Notes under the pieces: generated by a model
Databases searched by the model: none
What the model was told of the DNA's origin: nothing
What the model saw: only the letters and a program-made list of their open reading frames with translations
Part shown: piece by piece, positions 21,824 to 33,271 of the stretch
Layout: each line of letters starts with the position of its first letter
How positions within the stretch are numbered: position 1 is the stretch's first letter
Position numbers and translations under genes: made by a program
NCBI GenBank assembly: GCA_963823665.1
Contig: CAWGMQ010000010.1
Span: 1,824,001 to 1,888,000 of the forward strand
DNA length: 64,000 nucleotides
Direction: 5' to 3'
Source of the DNA: an uncultured Planctomycetota bacterium
GTDB lineage: Bacteria > Planctomycetota > Planctomycetia > Isosphaerales > Isosphaeraceae

Positions 21824-22168
21824 ATGAGAAAACAATCGTCTGGAAATCGGCCGCTGCCGGTGGTTCGTGCACTGCGGAAGCTGGGTTCCGATCTTCGCGA
21901 TGCGCGGCGGCGGCGGCGGATACCGACGGCGCTCTTGGCGGAACGGGCGCTCATCAGCCGGATGACGCTCGGGCGGGTTGAAAGAGGGGATCCGGGCGCA
22001 TCGGCTGGCGCTTATGCGACTGTCTTGTTCGTGCTGGGGATGGAAAGCCGGTTGGCTGAACTGGCGGACGCCTCGCACGATGTGGTTGGAGTTTCGCTGG
22101 AAGACGAACGATTGCCGAAGCGCATCCGGCTTCCGAGGGACCGAGATAGGAAGAAGGCTGTCGAGTGA
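21824..22168 (+). CDS. XRE-family HTH antitoxin (HipB-like)
   Basis: LRDARRRRRI....LAERALISRMTLGRVERGDPG; overlaps the hipA-like start. Confidence 0.85.
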   Translation: MRKQSSGNRPLPVVRALRKLGSDLRDARRRRRIPTALLAERALISRMTLGRVERGDPGASAGAYATVLFVLGMESRLAELADASHDVVGVSLEDERLPKRIRLPRDRDRKKAVE

Positions 22169-23433
22169 TGGACCGCGAGGTTCTGGTTTACGCCGATCTG
22201 GGTGGTGTGCCGAACGTGGTAGGGCGGCTGTGGGCGCGCGTGCGCAAGGGACGGGAAAGTGCCACGTTTGAATATGAAGATCAGTGGCTGCGGCATCCGG
22301 AGCGGTTCGCCCTGGAGCCCGCGCTTGCGCTTGGCACCGGTCCTCTGCACACGCCGTCGGGCCGCGCTCTCTTCGGTGCCCTTGGGGATTCCGCGCCGGA
22401 TCGGTGGGGCCGGCTGCTGATGCGCCGAGCCGAGCGGATGCGTGCCGGCCGCGAGGGGAGGGAAGTACGGACGTTGTTCGAGGCTGACTATCTGCTTCTG
22501 GTGGACGACGAGGCACGGCAGGGTGCGTTGCGGTTCGCAGAGGAGGATGTTGGCCCGTTTCTGGCGGCGGATCTCGCACATCGAATTCCGCCGCTTGTTG
22601 AGCTACCGCGGCTGCTTCATGCGACCGAGCGAGTGATCGGGGACACGGAGACCGAAGACGACTTGCGGCTACTGCTTGTGCCCGGGTCTTCGCTGGGCGG
22701 AGCACGCCCGAAAGCCGCCGTTCGTGATCGCGACGGCGCGCTCGCGATCGCAAAATTCGCGCAGAAAGACGACGACTTTGATGTTGTGGCGTGGGAAGCA
22801 GTGGCGCTTGGTCTGGCAAGCAACGCCGGAATTCGTGTGCCGTTATGGCGAATCGAGGAGGTTGCCGGCAGAAACGTGCTCTTGCTCGCTCGCTTTGATC
22901 GGAGCCGCGGATCACGAATTCCGTTCCTGTCGGCGATGAGCATGCTGGGCGCGAGTGATGGTGAATCGCGAAGCTACCTTGAGATCGCCGATGCGATTCA
23001 TCGGTACGGCTCGGGTCCTGATGATGATGTTCGGGAGTTGTGGCGCAGGATTGTGTTCAACGTGCTGGTTTCCAATACAGATGATCATTTGAGAAATCAC
23101 GGCTTTCTGTACGACCGGGGCAAGGGTTGGCGGCTGTCGCCGGCTTACGATCTGGATCCCGTTTCGGTGGAGGTGCGGCCGCGAGTGCTGAGCCTTGCCA
23201 TCACGCTTGACGACGCGACTGCGGATCTGGATCTGGCATTTGAAGTCGCGGAGTACTTTGGCGTCTCGCCCGGAGAGGCGCGACGGGTCTGCGGGGAGGT
23301 GGGGTCGGCGGTTTCGGGATGGCGCGATGGGGCTCGTCGGGCGGGGATCGGCGCTGCGGAGATGGATCGGATGGCTTCCGCGTTCGAGCATGATGACCTG
23401 AGGAAGAGCTTGGCGATGCGCGGGGTCGCGTGA
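22165..23433 (+). CDS. hipA: HipA-family kinase toxin
   Basis: DSAPDRWG, GSSLGGARPKA, RFDR, NTDDHLRNHGFL and LSPAYD motifs. Confidence 0.92.
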   Translation: MMDREVLVYADLGGVPNVVGRLWARVRKGRESATFEYEDQWLRHPERFALEPALALGTGPLHTPSGRALFGALGDSAPDRWGRLLMRRAERMRAGREGREVRTLFEADYLLLVDDEARQGALRFAEEDVGPFLAADLAHRIPPLVELPRLLHATERVIGDTETEDDLRLLLVPGSSLGGARPKAAVRDRDGALAIAKFAQKDDDFDVVAWEAVALGLASNAGIRVPLWRIEEVAGRNVLLLARFDRSRGSRIPFLSAMSMLGASDGESRSYLEIADAIHRYGSGPDDDVRELWRRIVFNVLVSNTDDHLRNHGFLYDRGKGWRLSPAYDLDPVSVEVRPRVLSLAITLDDATADLDLAFEVAEYFGVSPGEARRVCGEVGSAVSGWRDGARRAGIGAAEMDRMASAFEHDDLRKSLAMRGVA

Positions 23434-23483
23434 AGCGTAGGGCGGGTGGTGGGGCGAGGAGTGGAGGAACGGAGAGGGGCTGA

Positions 23484-23780
23484 ATGATGAAGCCAGCGGA
23501 GGCGCTCGTTTGTGCGCGCTGCTCAAAGCCGCGCGCGCCAGGGCGAGGGGGCTTCTATCTTGTGCGGATCGATGCCGTTGCCGATCCCAGCGTGCCGGAG
23601 ATGGAACCGCTCGATGAGAAGGAGATCGCCCGGCGGATCGACGCGCTGCTCAAGCAGCTCGCGGGAATCTCCCATGAAGATGCGATGAAGCAGGTTATCG
23701 AACACAAGACAATTTATCTGTGCTGTACGTGTTATCGCGCGTGGATCGAGAATCCGGCTGGGGCTCCATCAGCTCGGTGA
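23484..23780 (+). CDS. Small hypothetical protein with two CxxC motifs
   Basis: CARC...CCTC; preceded by a purine-rich RBS. Confidence 0.65.
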   Translation: MMKPAEALVCARCSKPRAPGRGGFYLVRIDAVADPSVPEMEPLDEKEIARRIDALLKQLAGISHEDAMKQVIEHKTIYLCCTCYRAWIENPAGAPSAR

Positions 23781-23864
23781 GAGAGCCGAAATCGCCCCGG
23801 GGCGGCATGTGTCGACGCAGCCGGGCGCGCGTCAATTCGCGCTGGAGCGGCCTGGCCACACACT

Positions 23865-23939
23865 AACCCGACGCGCCAGCGAGGAAGGTTGGACTGAATC
23901 TGGCGGCGATCGCACGAATCCTCGCTGGCGCTTCGGGTT
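23865..23939. repeat. REP-like inverted repeat pair between convergent genes
   Basis: AACCCGACGCGCCAGCGAGGA ... TCCTCGCTGGCGCTTCGGGTT (20/21 complementary). Confidence 0.8.
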
Positions 23940-23974
23940 GGAATGGCGGAAACGCGGTTGCCTCGATCGCGCGG

Positions 23975-24325
23975 TCAGCCTGACTTGGGTGTCCAGAGGC
24001 CGATTGTGGTGCCGTCTGGGTCGGCGAACCAGGCGAAGGTGCCGGTCGGAATCGTCACAGCGGGAACGATCGTCTTGCCACCCAGGGATTCAATTTTTGC
24101 GAGATAGGCGGGGATGTCGTCTACCTGGACGTAGAAGGTGGCGTAGTGGTGCGGCTCGTGGCCCAGCGAGGTGATGTGGCCATTGATGCCGCTGCCGGCG
24201 CCGGTGTCGATCATCCCCGCGGGGCCCGCGTCGGTGATCGCCCAGCCGAACAGCGTGGCGAAGAATGACTGTGTGCGGGCTTTGTCTCGGCAACCGATCT
24301 CAAAATGCACGACGGGGCAGCCCAT
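23975..24325 (-). CDS. VOC/glyoxalase family protein
   Basis: PVVHFEI, FFATLFGW, FYVQVDDI and FAWFADPDGTTIGLW motifs; GGAGG RBS. Confidence 0.9.
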   Translation of the reverse strand: MGCPVVHFEIGCRDKARTQSFFATLFGWAITDAGPAGMIDTGAGSGINGHITSLGHEPHHYATFYVQVDDIPAYLAKIESLGGKTIVPAVTIPTGTFAWFADPDGTTIGLWTPKSG

Positions 24326-24629
24326 TGTGGCCTCCACCAGATAGCGGGATATTTGTGATGACTTCACGATTCCGACCACGTGAACGGTTATCACAACATG
24401 ATGGGGAGTGCTTGTCAAAAGGAATCATGGGCACGTGATCCGTTCGTCTTGCAGTGCTTTCGCTCGGACGGGGGCATTGCTGATCGGGGTGCTCGGGCGG
24501 TTGATGCTGGCGGTGAAGTGTGGTATCAGGCCGCTGGATGTCGCGATTGTCGGAGTGTTGCCGCGCGAGTAGAATCATGCTGTAGGGAATGCACGACCGG
24601 GTCGAGCCGGGAGCCGGCGGGGAGGTCGA

Positions 24630-25190
24630 ATGTCGTCCGCGATTCAGACAATTGCCACGCTCGACGATCTCCGGCGCGTGGACGGAAAGGCTGAGCTGAT
24701 CGCTGGGAGGATTGTTCACCTCATGCCGACAGCGCGTCTGCCGAGCCGCGTGGCCGCGCGGATCTATCGCAGCCTCGATGACCACGCTGAAGCCACCGGA
24801 CGTGGCGAGGCCTATACTGATAACACGGGGTTCGCTGTCCCTAAGTTGTCATCAGGCCGTGAGTCGTTTTCCCCGGATGCGTCGTATTACGTGGGTGCTC
24901 TTCCGCGGGATGACATGGACTTCGTACCAGGACCGCCAACACTTGCGGTGGAGGTTCGAAGCAAAGGCGATCACGGCGATCTGGCCGAGGCGAAGATGGA
25001 GGCCAAGCGAGCCGATTACTTCGAGGCGTGAACGTTGGTCGTGTGGGACGTCGACCCGAACGCGAGCTTGATCCGTGTTTATCGTGCGACGAAGCCGGAC
25101 CAACCTGAGACGTTTGGCCTGGGCCAGCTCGCTGATGCCGAGCCGGCGGTTGCCGGGTGGCAGATGCCGGTTGAGGCTGTGTTTGAGTAG
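24630..25190 (+). pseudogene. Uma2 (DUF820) family endonuclease with in-frame TGA at 25029
   Basis: KAELIAG, SPDASY, LAVEVRS and KRADYFEA*TLVVWDVDP; the frame continues to EAVFE* at 25190. Confidence 0.85.
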
Positions 25191-25251
25191 GTTCGGCTAA
25201 CGGTCTGGCCGGAACTGGGACGATCATTGTGAGCGTTCGAAGGGCTCACGG

Positions 25252-25838
25252 ATGCCACTCGCGTTTGTTTGCGCGAATGACCACGCCTGGCTGGCCGAGC
25301 CGTGGGAGCTGGGCCGTGCTGATTGCTTTCCTGAGACGTGCATCGCTTGCGGTGCCGCCGTGCGACTGGAAGAGCAGGAGGAGTCGGAGGGCCCGCGTGC
25401 GACGGTTTTTCCTGAAGGCTACAAGATTCTCGCTTCGCTGCAGGGATCGACGATGGCCGAGATGTACAAGGCCCGGCACCGACCCAGCGGCAGAGTGGCT
25501 GCGCTCAAGCTGAGCCTGGGTGACCCGGAGGTGACGGCTTACTCGCGGGCCGCCACGCGGCGGGAGGCGCGGCTGCTGGGCATGCTGGACCATCCCACGG
25601 GTTGGGGGCACTGCTTTACCAGGCACTCTCCGGGCGGCTGCCGTTTCACGGGATCTGCCTCGATGAGCGGGTGCGGCGGGGTCGCGTCGAGGTTCCGCCT
25701 CTCGCGGAACTGCAGCCAAAGGTTCCCGGCGCGCTCGATCGAATCTGTCTGCGCTGCCTCGAGCCCGAGCCCGATCGTCGTTTTCGCACGGCAGATGAGC
25801 TCGCTCTGGCGCTGCGGGGAGCGTCTGGCCGTGGGTGA
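25252..25838 (+). pseudogene. Ser/Thr protein kinase remnant with internal deletion
   Basis: Subdomains I-IV (YKARH, VAALK, REARLLGMLDHP) join directly to IX-XI (GALLYQALSGRLPF, RCLEPEPDRRF); no HRD/DFG/APE. Confidence 0.75.
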
Positions 25839-26066
25839 AATGGACGATCTGGGCCGACCGGACGCGGTGCGTTGTGCGGCGTGAGACACCGAGATTCCGA
25901 TCGAGGTCACCAACGAGCCACGTTCCGGATTGCGCTTCGATTCCTGCCTGCAATGCGATACGCTGGTAACCGTGGATCAGTCGCTGGTCATGAACGACAT
26001 CGGCTCGTTGTCGGCACAGGCGATGCAGAATGTGAGCAATTGCCTGAGGGCGGCGTCAGGACTGCA

Positions 26067-27070
26067 ATGATGGGAAGCGCGCAGATCGTACCGCGGCCGG
26101 AGCATACTTCCGATGAGGCGGATAACCCCGTGCGTGACTCTCGCTCGTCCCGGACGAGCAGAAAGGCGAGGGCCAGCCTGATCCTGGGGTTGTGCGCCCT
26201 CGGAGCCTGTTTCAGTCTGGACAATCCGCTGGTTTTCCTGGTCGCCTGCTTCGTGGCCGGAGTGCCCGCGATCGTTGTGGGGCTGCTGGGATTGCGCGAA
26301 ATCAAGCGCGCGAACATGCCGGTCCTGGGAAAGGGGAATGCAATTGCCGGGATCGTGCTGGGAAGCCTGACGACGATCTTGACCTTGCTCACTCCGTTAG
26401 TGGTGGAAGGTCGTGAGCCGGGCGCCGCGCGGTGTGCACGAACAACCTGAAAGAGATCGCGATCGCCATGGCGAATTACGAATCTACATTCGGAACATTG
26501 CCGCCGGCCGCAACGTTCGACAAGGACGGCACGCCTCGCTTGAGCTGGCGCGTCTTGCTCCTTCCGTATCTCGAACAAGGCGAGCTCTATAACCAATTCC
26601 ACCTCGACGAGCCGTGGGATAGCGCTCATAACAAGCCCCTCGCCGACAAGATGCCCAGGGTGTTCCAGTGCCCGAGCGGGGAGTTGACTATGGGGTTGAC
26701 GACTTACGAAGTCATCATCGATCCCCATTCGATCTTCACGGGCGAGCGCTCCGGCGTCCCGTTCAGAGATGTGACCGACGGGACCAGTCGCACGCTCCTG
26801 GTCGTTGAGGGGGCGAAGCCCGTTCCCTGGACCAAGCCGGTGGACCTCTCGCTTGCGTCGAGCGAGCCCGCGCTCGGCATGGGGAGCAAGCATCCGAGCG
26901 GGTTCAACGTGTCAACGGCGGATGGGGCGGTGCGGTTTGTCAGAATGGCAGGCAAAGATGCGATCAGCACTTCGGATTTGAGGGCGATGGTCACGCGCGA
27001 TGGAAATGAGGAGGGTGAGAACATCGGCCCGAGATTCCAAATCCCCGGCTACCTGGAAGAAAGACCGTGA
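26067..27070 (+). CDS. DUF4190 + DUF1559 protein (frameshift near 26420)
   Basis: ASLILG..., GKGNAIAGIVLG; CTNNLKEIAIAMANYES, LSWRVLLLPYLE, VTDGTSRT, VPWTKP and HPSGFNV.TADG.V motifs. Confidence 0.88.
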
Positions 27071-27130
27071 AGCTGCCCGCCGTCGGTGCAGTATAGAAGT
27101 AGGAAGCACACGAGCACGGGAACGGGGGCG

Positions 27131-29845
27131 ATGGCGATGGGGAACCAAGGCGCGGTTGTGCGCGGGATTGAGCGGATCTGGAGCGGAGGGTCGCTCACGG
27201 GTCTCTCGGAGGGGCAGCTCCTGCGCCGGTTCGCCGCTGGGGATGAAGGGGCGTTCGAGGCTCTGGTCACGCGGCATGGGCCGATGGTGCTGGGCGTTTG
27301 CCGGCGAGTGCTCCGCGATCGGCTCGATGTCGAGGATGCCTTTCAGGCCACGTTCCTCGTGCTCTTGCGCAAGTGCAGCGCTCTGCGCGACGGCGAGCGG
27401 CTTGGGCCCTGGCTGCATGGCGTGGCGTATCGCGTGGCGGCACGGGTCAGAACACGTGCGATCCGGCGGCCGGGCGAGGAGCGTAAGGGCGCACGTCCCG
27501 AGACGGTGGAATCGGAACCGCACAGCGAACTGGAACTGAGCGAGCTCCGTGGACTGCTGGATGCGGAGATCGACCGGCTCCCCGAGGCGTACCGCCGTGC
27601 GGTCGTGCTTTGTTACCTTGAGGGCCAATCGCACGAGGAGGCGGCCCGACGGCTGCGGTGCTCGGCGGGCAGCGTGCGCGGGCGGCTGGACCGTGCCCGA
27701 CAAAAGCTGCGCGACCGCCTGACCCGGCGCGGCGTGGCGCCCTTGGCGGGTTTGACCGCACTGGCAGCAGGCGGCGACGCGGCATTCGCCTCGGTTGTCG
27801 TTCCGTCTCCGCTCGTCATCGGGACGGTCGCCACGCTGGCGCGCGCCGCGACGGCAAGCGCGGTCTCGGCCACGGGCTCGACGGCGGCCCTCGAGCTGGC
27901 CGACGGGGTTTTTCGCTCGATGTTCGTCGCGAAGCTCAAGCTGGTGGCCTTGCTCGTTGCCGGCATTCTCGCGCTGGGAACGCTGCCCTTCGTTGTTGCG
28001 TTCGAGCCGCGCGGGCCGGCGATGGCTGCCGGAGACGATCCGGCGCGATCGGGTGGCGCGTCTGCAACGGCTCACGTGCAGGGCATCACCGTGACGGGTC
28101 GCGTGCTCGACCAGGCGGGACAGCCCATTGGCGGCGCCCGGGTGGCGCGGGGCTCGGATCTCCGCGGGCAGGAAGTGATCGGCGAGGCGACGACTGACGC
28201 AACAGGGCGGTTCACGATGCGCGGCGTTTCGCCGGGCGAAGTGGTCCTGACGGTGCAGGCACGGGGCCATGCGCCCGACCTGGTGTCGTTGAGGACGGGA
28301 CCGGGTCTGCCGCTGGTCGAGTTCCAGCTTGGCCCGGGGCATAAGATCCTGGGCCGGATCGTCGACGCACATGATAAGCCCATCGCCGGAGCGCCGATTT
28401 CCGCGGATGAGTGGCGGGGGCACCATTCGCTGCGATGGAATACCCGGACCGACGCCGAGGGCCGATTCCGCTGGGATGACGCGCCGGCTGACGCCGTGAT
28501 GATCGACCTGGGCATGCTCGGATTCAACGCGAAGCGGTTCTGGTCGGCCACGGCCGACGCGCCCGAGAAGACGATTCCGATGCGCAGGCCGCTTCATGTC
28601 CGCGGCCGGGTCACCGACGCCGACACCGGCCGGCCGATCACAGCCTTCACGCTGGTGCCGGGTTTCACGTGGGAGAAGATCCAGAACGTGTGGTGGCTGA
28701 ACGATCGGGCAAAGGAGCTGACGGGTCTCTCTTATGACGTGCTCCTCTCAACGGAGGCAGGGCTCGGTGTCATCCGGATCGAGGCCGAGGGTTATTTGCC
28801 GGAGACCTCGAGGGGGTTGAAAGACGACGAGCAGGACGCCGTGGTCCACTTTGCGCTGCACCGCGGGTCCGGCATCTCGGGCATCGTCCGCTTGCCCGAC
28901 GGCTCGCCGCTGGCGGGGGCCGACGTGCTGCTATCGACCGCGGCGCGGCCGCTTCAGTTGAACAATGGCCGACCTCAGGTGGGGATGAGCGATCAGCGGA
29001 CCGTCAAGACGCGAGCGGATGGGCGATTTAACCTGGCGCCGAGCGAGCTGCCGTATACCATTGTCGTCGTGCACGACCGGGGACGGGCGGTGCTGCCAGT
29101 CCGGGCCGGGCCTGCCGGTCGGCACGAGCTTGCGATCGTGCCCTGGGGCCGGATCGAAGGTGTCTTGCGCTTCGGCCGGCAACTGGCGGCCGGCGAGAAG
29201 CTGTGTCTGGCGGTACAGCGTGTGCCCGACCCGGTCGACCTTGTGTACTGGCCTAACTACACGACAAGCGACGCCCAGGGGCGATTCACGTTCGAGCGGG
29301 TCGTGCCTGGCGAAGTGGGGATCTCGCGGCAGATCGAATATACGGATCGTGATATTGCGTCTGGCGGTGGAAGCCCGTCGGCGACGGTGCGCGTCGCGGC
29401 GGGGGCGACGGTGCGGCTTGACCTGGGTGGCACCGGACGGGCGGTGGTCGGCAAGACTGCGCTCCCCGCAGAACTGGCCGGCCGCAAAGATTGGCCTTAC
29501 GGTTTCTCCTATCTTGTCCGCAAGCCAGCGAGCATAGAGCCCGGCGGTGCGGGACGAGATGCGCCGTCTGTCGGGCGCCGCGCCGCGAGTTTTACTTTCA
29601 AGGTCGAGGCGGATGGATCGTTTCGCATCGAGGATGTCGAGGCCGGGACGTATGAGCTGGTCATCACAGCCCATGAAGTGCCGCCGGATCGGCGCGGGCT
29701 CGGGAACGTGCTTGCGACGACGCGCAGCGAGGTGGTCGTGCCGGCGATGCCGGGCGGACGCAGCGACTTGCCGCTGGATCTCGGGGCCGTGATGCTCACG
29801 GCGGTGAAGAAGCGGGGAGCAGCACCTGGCGCGCGGCAGCCGTAG
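27131..29845 (+). CDS. ECF sigma factor with TM helix and extracytoplasmic beta-sandwich repeats
   Basis: AFEALVTRHGPMV, EDAFQATFLVL, WLHGVAYRVA, LPEAYRRAVVLCYLEG; TM segment; GRVLDQAGQPI repeats. Confidence 0.93.
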   Translation: MAMGNQGAVVRGIERIWSGGSLTGLSEGQLLRRFAAGDEGAFEALVTRHGPMVLGVCRRVLRDRLDVEDAFQATFLVLLRKCSALRDGERLGPWLHGVAYRVAARVRTRAIRRPGEERKGARPETVESEPHSELELSELRGLLDAEIDRLPEAYRRAVVLCYLEGQSHEEAARRLRCSAGSVRGRLDRARQKLRDRLTRRGVAPLAGLTALAAGGDAAFASVVVPSPLVIGTVATLARAATASAVSATGSTAALELADGVFRSMFVAKLKLVALLVAGILALGTLPFVVAFEPRGPAMAAGDDPARSGGASATAHVQGITVTGRVLDQAGQPIGGARVARGSDLRGQEVIGEATTDATGRFTMRGVSPGEVVLTVQARGHAPDLVSLRTGPGLPLVEFQLGPGHKILGRIVDAHDKPIAGAPISADEWRGHHSLRWNTRTDAEGRFRWDDAPADAVMIDLGMLGFNAKRFWSATADAPEKTIPMRRPLHVRGRVTDADTGRPITAFTLVPGFTWEKIQNVWWLNDRAKELTGLSYDVLLSTEAGLGVIRIEAEGYLPETSRGLKDDEQDAVVHFALHRGSGISGIVRLPDGSPLAGADVLLSTAARPLQLNNGRPQVGMSDQRTVKTRADGRFNLAPSELPYTIVVVHDRGRAVLPVRAGPAGRHELAIVPWGRIEGVLRFGRQLAAGEKLCLAVQRVPDPVDLVYWPNYTTSDAQGRFTFERVVPGEVGISRQIEYTDRDIASGGGSPSATVRVAAGATVRLDLGGTGRAVVGKTALPAELAGRKDWPYGFSYLVRKPASIEPGGAGRDAPSVGRRAASFTFKVEADGSFRIEDVEAGTYELVITAHEVPPDRRGLGNVLATTRSEVVVPAMPGGRSDLPLDLGAVMLTAVKKRGAAPGARQP

Positions 29846-29854
29846 TGGATCACA

Positions 29855-32800
29855 TCATTGCCCACTTTTGTCGGGCTCGACGATCCAGAATTGCAACTGG
29901 TCAGTTGTCCCTTCACCGATTCCCGAATCGGCTCCGAAATTCACTTGCAGCCAGTACCAGCCAGGCTTGAGCCCGGCATACCATTCGTTCAAGTCGAGCC
30001 GCAATGCCTCGAAAGATTCGCTCGGCGCAAGCGTCCGTGAGGCGTTACCGGGGTCGAACTGGTCGGTCCGGGCTGGTTGCCGGCGCGGGGCGGAAACGGC
30101 GTGCACGACGCCTTGACCATCGGCATCTCTGGGACGCACGTTCAGAACGAGTGACACTCCCCGGCGCAAAGCCGGCTTGCCGTCGGCCGCTGCGCGGATG
30201 AACTCCGTCGGCGCCGACTGCTCTATTCCATGTGCGTTGTGGAGACGAAGCGTGACGAGGACGGGTTGGCCGGGCGGGAACAGGGTGACGGATGGATCGG
30301 CCGTCTCGAGTCGTGCCGACAAGCCACTTGTCAAGTTCAGACGCCGATAGCGGTCGGGCGAGAACTCGATTTCCGAGGCCGGCACGCGTGCTATCGTCGC
30401 ATGCCCGACGAAACCGAAGTATCGCTCCCAGCGGTCTCCCTTCTTCACTTCTTCGGCCTGCCATACCCGGCCGTCCTGGAGAAAATTGCCGACGGGCGGA
30501 TCCGCGTTGGAACGGCGTATAATCGGGAATGACTTTAGCGCGAGCCAGCGGGCGCTCACAGGATGGCCTGCCGGAAGCGGAATGGTTCGAGACTCGCCCT
30601 CCTCCGTCAACGAGAACACAGCACGCCCCTCACGCACGTCTTCGGGCGTGGCCGGGTGTGCCAGCGCCGGGAAGCGTAGCTGGGCGACCAGGTCGCGGGT
30701 GTTGGCCACGCCCTGGACGTACTCGGCGGCGAAGCGCGGGCCGTACCGGCGCAGATACGCGGCGCATGCGGTGACGGCCGCGTCGCGTCGCGCCTCGGGC
30801 CAGGTCAGTGCGCATTCGGGGGCGCCGTCGAGCCAGGAGAGCTGCCACGCGACAAAATCGCACGCGCGGAACGGCACTTCGACTCCCGGGCTTTCCGCGG
30901 GATCGGGAAGGCGCACGTCGCTCGTACTGCCGCTGCCACCCGCCGCGAGCGTGTAGTGAAGCCCGCCCCGCTGCTGGCGCACGGCGGTCCCAGCCTTCGC
31001 CTTGTCGGCCAGTGCCCCAAGCAGGGCCTCGCGGTACGCGGGAACGCACACCAGCGGTGAACCGAGCTCGCGCTGGTACGGAAGATCGCGCCGGCCCTCT
31101 TCGGCGTGAACGATGGGCAGCCAGTGGGATTTCGGGTCGACGAACATCGCGCGCGCGGCCTTGGACAGCGCCGGGTGGTCCGGGTAAGTCCACAATGGCT
31201 CGAGTGCCCCGCGCCACGACATGCCGATCCAATCCGGATTGAACTCGTGAAGCCATGCGGCGTATTCGTCGAGGGCCTCGCGGTCGCCAGCCCGGGCACG
31301 GACGATCGTGAATTGGCCGATGCAACTGCTGTACACGCCGCCTGGCTGCCTCGCGTGGTCGGGGTCGCGTGATCGTTCGCGGCAGGCTGTCATGAGCGCC
31401 TTGAGTGTGGGCAGCGACCCGACTTCGTCCCACCAGATGAACCTGAGCGCGAGGCTACAGGCCTCTTGCAGCGTGATGTCGGGAACCGTCCGGGCATCCC
31501 CGCTTCGTGCCAACTCTATGCAACGACGGGCCAGCAGCTCCGAGACGCTGGGGTTGCGCAGCTTTCGGAGCAGCTCGCCGCGTGGCGCGCCCAGCTCCGC
31601 CAGCCCCGGCTTCCTGATGTTCAAGTACACCATGGGCGGTGCTGCACGGCCGGTCGGCTGAACGAGGCCCGACGCCGCTTCGATCCAGCGGGCCGGGCCG
31701 GCGGAGTCGTCGCGCAGGCTCCGATACCAGCGTTCAACCAAGGGCACCGAGGCGTTCTTCTCCCAGAATGCGCGGGCCGCCTGGGCCAGGCGTTTGCGGC
31801 CGTCTGCGGTTTCTAATGCGATGAAGTCGGACGACATGGCGTCCATGAAGCTTTCAGACTTGAGGATGCGGCGGAGCGCCAAGTAAGCGGCCCGGAAGAC
31901 TGGGCGGGCCTGGTCGAGCCCCCACCGGCTAGAAATGCAGCGGGTCAGCCTGGTGTCCGACTCGAGCGCGGCCAGCAGCGCGCCGACGGCCGGGTCGCCC
32001 TCGGCGACAATCTCATTGAAGATTGCACCGTCGCCGGGCTCGGCGCCGCCGAAGTGGAACCTTTGTGGGACGTGGATCTGGTCGAAGTCGCGGATCAGCG
32101 CCGCGATCCTCGCGGCCGGGTCGCCCCCGCGCGGCGGGACGGGCCCGCGCGGTGCTTCCTTGGCCCGGCGCTCCTGGTCGGCGAGCAGCTCGGCTAGCAC
32201 GTTCGCGTTTCGCACGTAGGCCGGTTGCAAGAGGCCCCTGTTGTGATTTGCATTCGGCTGTGGATCCAGCGGCCCTGCCTTCGCCGGGACGGCCTGGCGG
32301 TAGCGGTCGAGCCGGCGGGCGGCGTCGAGCGCGACGACGTCGTCTCCCCCGCAGTGAGCTGCGATGAGACGCAAATAAAGCGTCTCCGCCCATCCACGCG
32401 AAAGGGAAGGGAAGCTGATGATCTCATCCGCCACGTCGGGACGTGCGTTGTCGGGGGTCCAGGTGGTCGCGGCCGCGTAGAGCGACTCGGCGAGGTCGGC
32501 CCGGCCCATCCGGAGGAGCATGCAGAGCGTCAGCGGTGACCGCGGCACGGCCGGTGGCGGCCAGCGAATTTCAAAAAACGGCGAGATCGGGTCGCGGTGT
32601 TCCGTCATGGTCCCTTTCCCCACGTTGGGGGTGCTATATTCGAGGAATTGCGGCGACTCGCGACTCTTTTTCAGAACGAGTGCCAGCGCCTGGACGTCAG
32701 AATCCAGGTCTACGTTTGCGCCGACGGTGCGCCGCCGGATGCACCAGGCCGTCCCACCCGACGACGAACCGGCCGGCCACGCCGGGCCGCTCTGGAATGA

Positions 32801-33165
32801 TGAATCCTCGAATCTTCTCCACCCCTCGCCCGTCGTCGACCTCGACCTCCCGATAGTCGCAGCCGCGAGGGTCGGCGGCTTCCAGCTCGAAGAGTGCGGC
32901 GGTTGCGTCGACGAGGGAACGGGGAAGCTTCGTCGCCGGGGGCGTCCACGGCAAGCCCCGGCTCGGCGGGTCGGGAATGGTCTTGCCCGCGAGCCTCTGC
33001 GCTTGCCGTTGCGGTTCCGGGCCACGTTCCCCGTTATCGGTGATCGGGAGCTGGGCCTGGATCAATGGGTCGGGAATCTCCGTGCCCGCGACGTTTCGGG
33101 CCGGCTTGACGATCTCTCCCCCGCATGCGACCAGGAGCAACAACGTGGGCAAGAGCCAGCGCGTG
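29855..33165 (-). CDS. Large hypothetical exported/lipoprotein-like protein, paralogue 1 (frameshift near 32730)
   Basis: N-terminus in ORF 32697..33242 (LLLLVACGG), body in ORF 29855..33025; colinear with 33272..36640. Confidence 0.8.
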
Positions 33166-33271
33166 ACGGTACAGTCTCGGTGTGACGGCCTCTGCCTGAT
33201 TCTCAGGGAATTCGTCGCCATTTTCCTGTGTCTCCCTGTCATGTACCGTGATGACGAGCAGGGCTATCCTT

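Noticed and set aside
20018..25031. In-frame TGA codons as selenocysteine or recoding
   Set aside because: They replace expected Trp (ELW) and Gly (EAGT), not Cys; TGA is a normal stop in many genes here.
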